The notes below the pieces were generated by a model. That model ran no database searches. It saw nothing but the letters and a program-made list of their open reading frames with translations, and had not been told where the DNA came from. The position numbers were made by a program, and so were the translations under genes. 64,000 nucleotides of DNA from Candidatus Sumerlaeaceae bacterium (GTDB lineage Bacteria > Sumerlaeota > Sumerlaeia > Sumerlaeales > Sumerlaeaceae): NCBI GenBank assembly GCA_051003195.1, contig JBPCLP010000035.1, positions 32,001-96,000 on the forward strand, in the 5' to 3' direction. Positions 62,236 through 64,000 of this stretch are shown here, one piece after another. How positions within the stretch are numbered: position 1 is the first letter of the stretch; every line of letters starts with the position of its first letter.

Positions 62236-64000
62236 TCATTGCGTAGTAGTTACGCCAGCAGGCACCGCACTTTCCGGCGCCTGCTGGTTCTGGAACAGGT
62301 CGGTTACGTTTTCGAATTCGACACGGCGGTTCAATGCCTTGCCATCATCCGCCTCATTGGTAGCAATCGGCGCTTCCTCACCATAGCCAACAATGATGAG
62401 ACGGTTTGGATCGATCCCGAACTTCTGCACGAGATAGCTCTTCACGCTCCACGCCCGCCGCTCGGAGAGTGTCTGGTTGTACTCATTCGAACCATCGCCG
62501 TCCGTATGGCCTTCCACGTTAATCACAGCATTGTCCAGTGGCGGGTTAATAAGTGCGTCTCCAATGGCATCAAGGGCTGCAAAACTGTCGGGCTTTATAG
62601 CATACGAGTCATAATCAAAATGAACCGTCTGCGTTACCAGCACCGGTCCCGCGTACCTGTCGCCCTGTTTGCGATCCCGTGTCAGCGTTTCCACCACTTC
62701 CGTTTTGCTTTCCACCCTGGTCATTTGCGGCGTGATCTCGGGCAGTGGCCGTGGCGGAGGAGCCGCCAGTCCCTCGATCACAGCAGGCACTTCCTCCAGC
62801 GGCAGGTACGCCTGCGTGGTGTTAATTTCGGTTACCAGGTCGCGTCGTGCCGCACCCGGTAAAATCGTAACGCTGCCAGGGTTATAAAAACCATACGTGC
62901 TGTAGCTCTGTGGGGGCAGGTAATACCAGCCGGGAGGAACAGTAAATTCTGTCGGCGGCACCCAACCTCGTGGCACGACCCAGCCGCGGCCAGACACATA
63001 CGTCCAGCCCCAGCGGAAGAGACGTTCGGACCATTCTGGCGGCGGATTCCAACCGGGCGGTGGATTCCATCCCCCGGGCGGCATCCAGCCAACAGGCGGC
63101 CGCCAACCCACTGGCGGAGTCCATCCCACATATGGAGTCCAGGATACCGGGGGCGTCCAGCTTGCAGGTGTCGGGGTAGCCGTTGCCGGTGTTGCTACCG
63201 GCGTACTGCCCGGTGTCGGAGAGGCAGACAGCGTGCCCGCCAGCGGACCCGGCGTCGCATTTGTCCTGGCTGATTTGCGTGATTCCTTACCTATAGGTTG
63301 TGTTCCACCCGGCGGAGTTCCTGCCGGTACAAAAGGAGTCGCTGCCGCACCGGCAACCGGGGTGACAGTAGTCAGCGGCGTCGTTGCGGTGGCAGCAGGG
63401 CTGAGGCCAGGAGCTGCCGTTACGGTGGCGCTCGGGCTTATTACAGGCGCAGCCGGAGTGGATGGTATGGCCGTCGCAGCGGGTGTGGACGGCGCCTGCG
63501 TCACTGGTGTATCTGTCTGCGGCGCCAGTGGTGTCGCGTTGCTCTGTGGTGTCGCTGATAATCTCGGGGTGCCCGGTATTCTCGCCGGCGGAGTCCCCAT
63601 CACGCCAGTTGCTGATCCACCAGGACCCGTGGACGGCGTGGCAGTCAAGCCGGGCGGCAGTGATCCACCGGGGGGCACAGTATCGGGCCGTTTGTCCGGC
63701 GTTGCTCCCAGAGCAGGTGTTTGCACACCGCCGAAAGCTCGGCCACGCGCTGTGCCGGGCTGTTGTGTCCCAACCGGCACCCCCGCGTCCACCGACGGTG
63801 TCACGACTGCGCGTGCAGCGCCCGGCGTGCTTTGCAGATTGCTGCGTCCGCGGCCCGATGGCGTAATCGAACTCTTCACATCGGGTGTTCCACCGGCCGG
63901 CAAATCTCCGGCGGGCACTGTCGACCGAATTACTTTGTTTTCCACAGCAGGATTAGATTTAATAGTTCCAGCTTCACTTACGGGCGAAAGCGTTGCACCT
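62236..64000 (-). CDS. OmpA-family peptidoglycan-binding protein with long Pro/Thr-rich region, 5' end outside the window
   Basis: VHFDYDS, EGHTD, YNQTLSERRA, GYGE, NRRVEF; frame is open to the window end. Confidence 0.9.
   Translation of the reverse strand, partial: GATLSPVSEAGTIKSNPAVENKVIRSTVPAGDLPAGGTPDVKSSITPSGRGRSNLQSTPGAARAVVTPSVDAGVPVGTQQPGTARGRAFGGVQTPALGATPDKRPDTVPPGGSLPPGLTATPSTGPGGSATGVMGTPPARIPGTPRLSATPQSNATPLAPQTDTPVTQAPSTPAATAIPSTPAAPVISPSATVTAAPGLSPAATATTPLTTVTPVAGAAATPFVPAGTPPGGTQPIGKESRKSARTNATPGPLAGTLSASPTPGSTPVATPATATPTPASWTPPVSWTPYVGWTPPVGWRPPVGWMPPGGWNPPPGWNPPPEWSERLFRWGWTYVSGRGWVVPRGWVPPTEFTVPPGWYYLPPQSYSTYGFYNPGSVTILPGAARRDLVTEINTTQAYLPLEEVPAVIEGLAAPPPRPLPEITPQMTRVESKTEVVETLTRDRKQGDRYAGPVLVTQTVHFDYDSYAIKPDSFAALDAIGDALINPPLDNAVINVEGHTDGDGSNEYNQTLSERRAWSVKSYLVQKFGIDPNRLIIVGYGEEAPIATNEADDGKALNRRVEFENVTDLFQNQQAPESAVPAGVTTTQ

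Overview
About 57 kb of mostly housekeeping chromosome from a diderm bacterium (Lol system, SurA-like protein, OmpA-family protein, many exported proteins); the lineage cannot be fixed from the sequence alone. Core genes recognised are tdk, hppA, lolC/E-lolD, sucD, ligA, trmL, pyrC and lepA. There are also two peptide ABC clusters, two-component and sigma-54 regulators, two GT-C-like glycosyltransferases and a three-gene minor-pilin-like operon. No rRNA, tRNA, CRISPR array, integrase or transposase was seen. The most unusual region is 56.2-60.3 kb. There lepA is flanked by three toxin-antitoxin modules (hicBA, MNT-HEPN, DUF433-DUF5615). Each toxin carries a single-base lesion while each antitoxin is intact. 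A perfect 94-bp duplicate of the lepA 3' end brackets a ~1.1-kb integrase-free insert. A second highlight is a family of three ~95-bp palindromic intergenic elements with compensatory stem changes (3.05, 17.3, 29.5 kb). Several proteins have degenerate or altered active sites (REC-GGDEF, DUF62, DinB, thioredoxin-like). All family assignments come from recalled motifs, not database searches.
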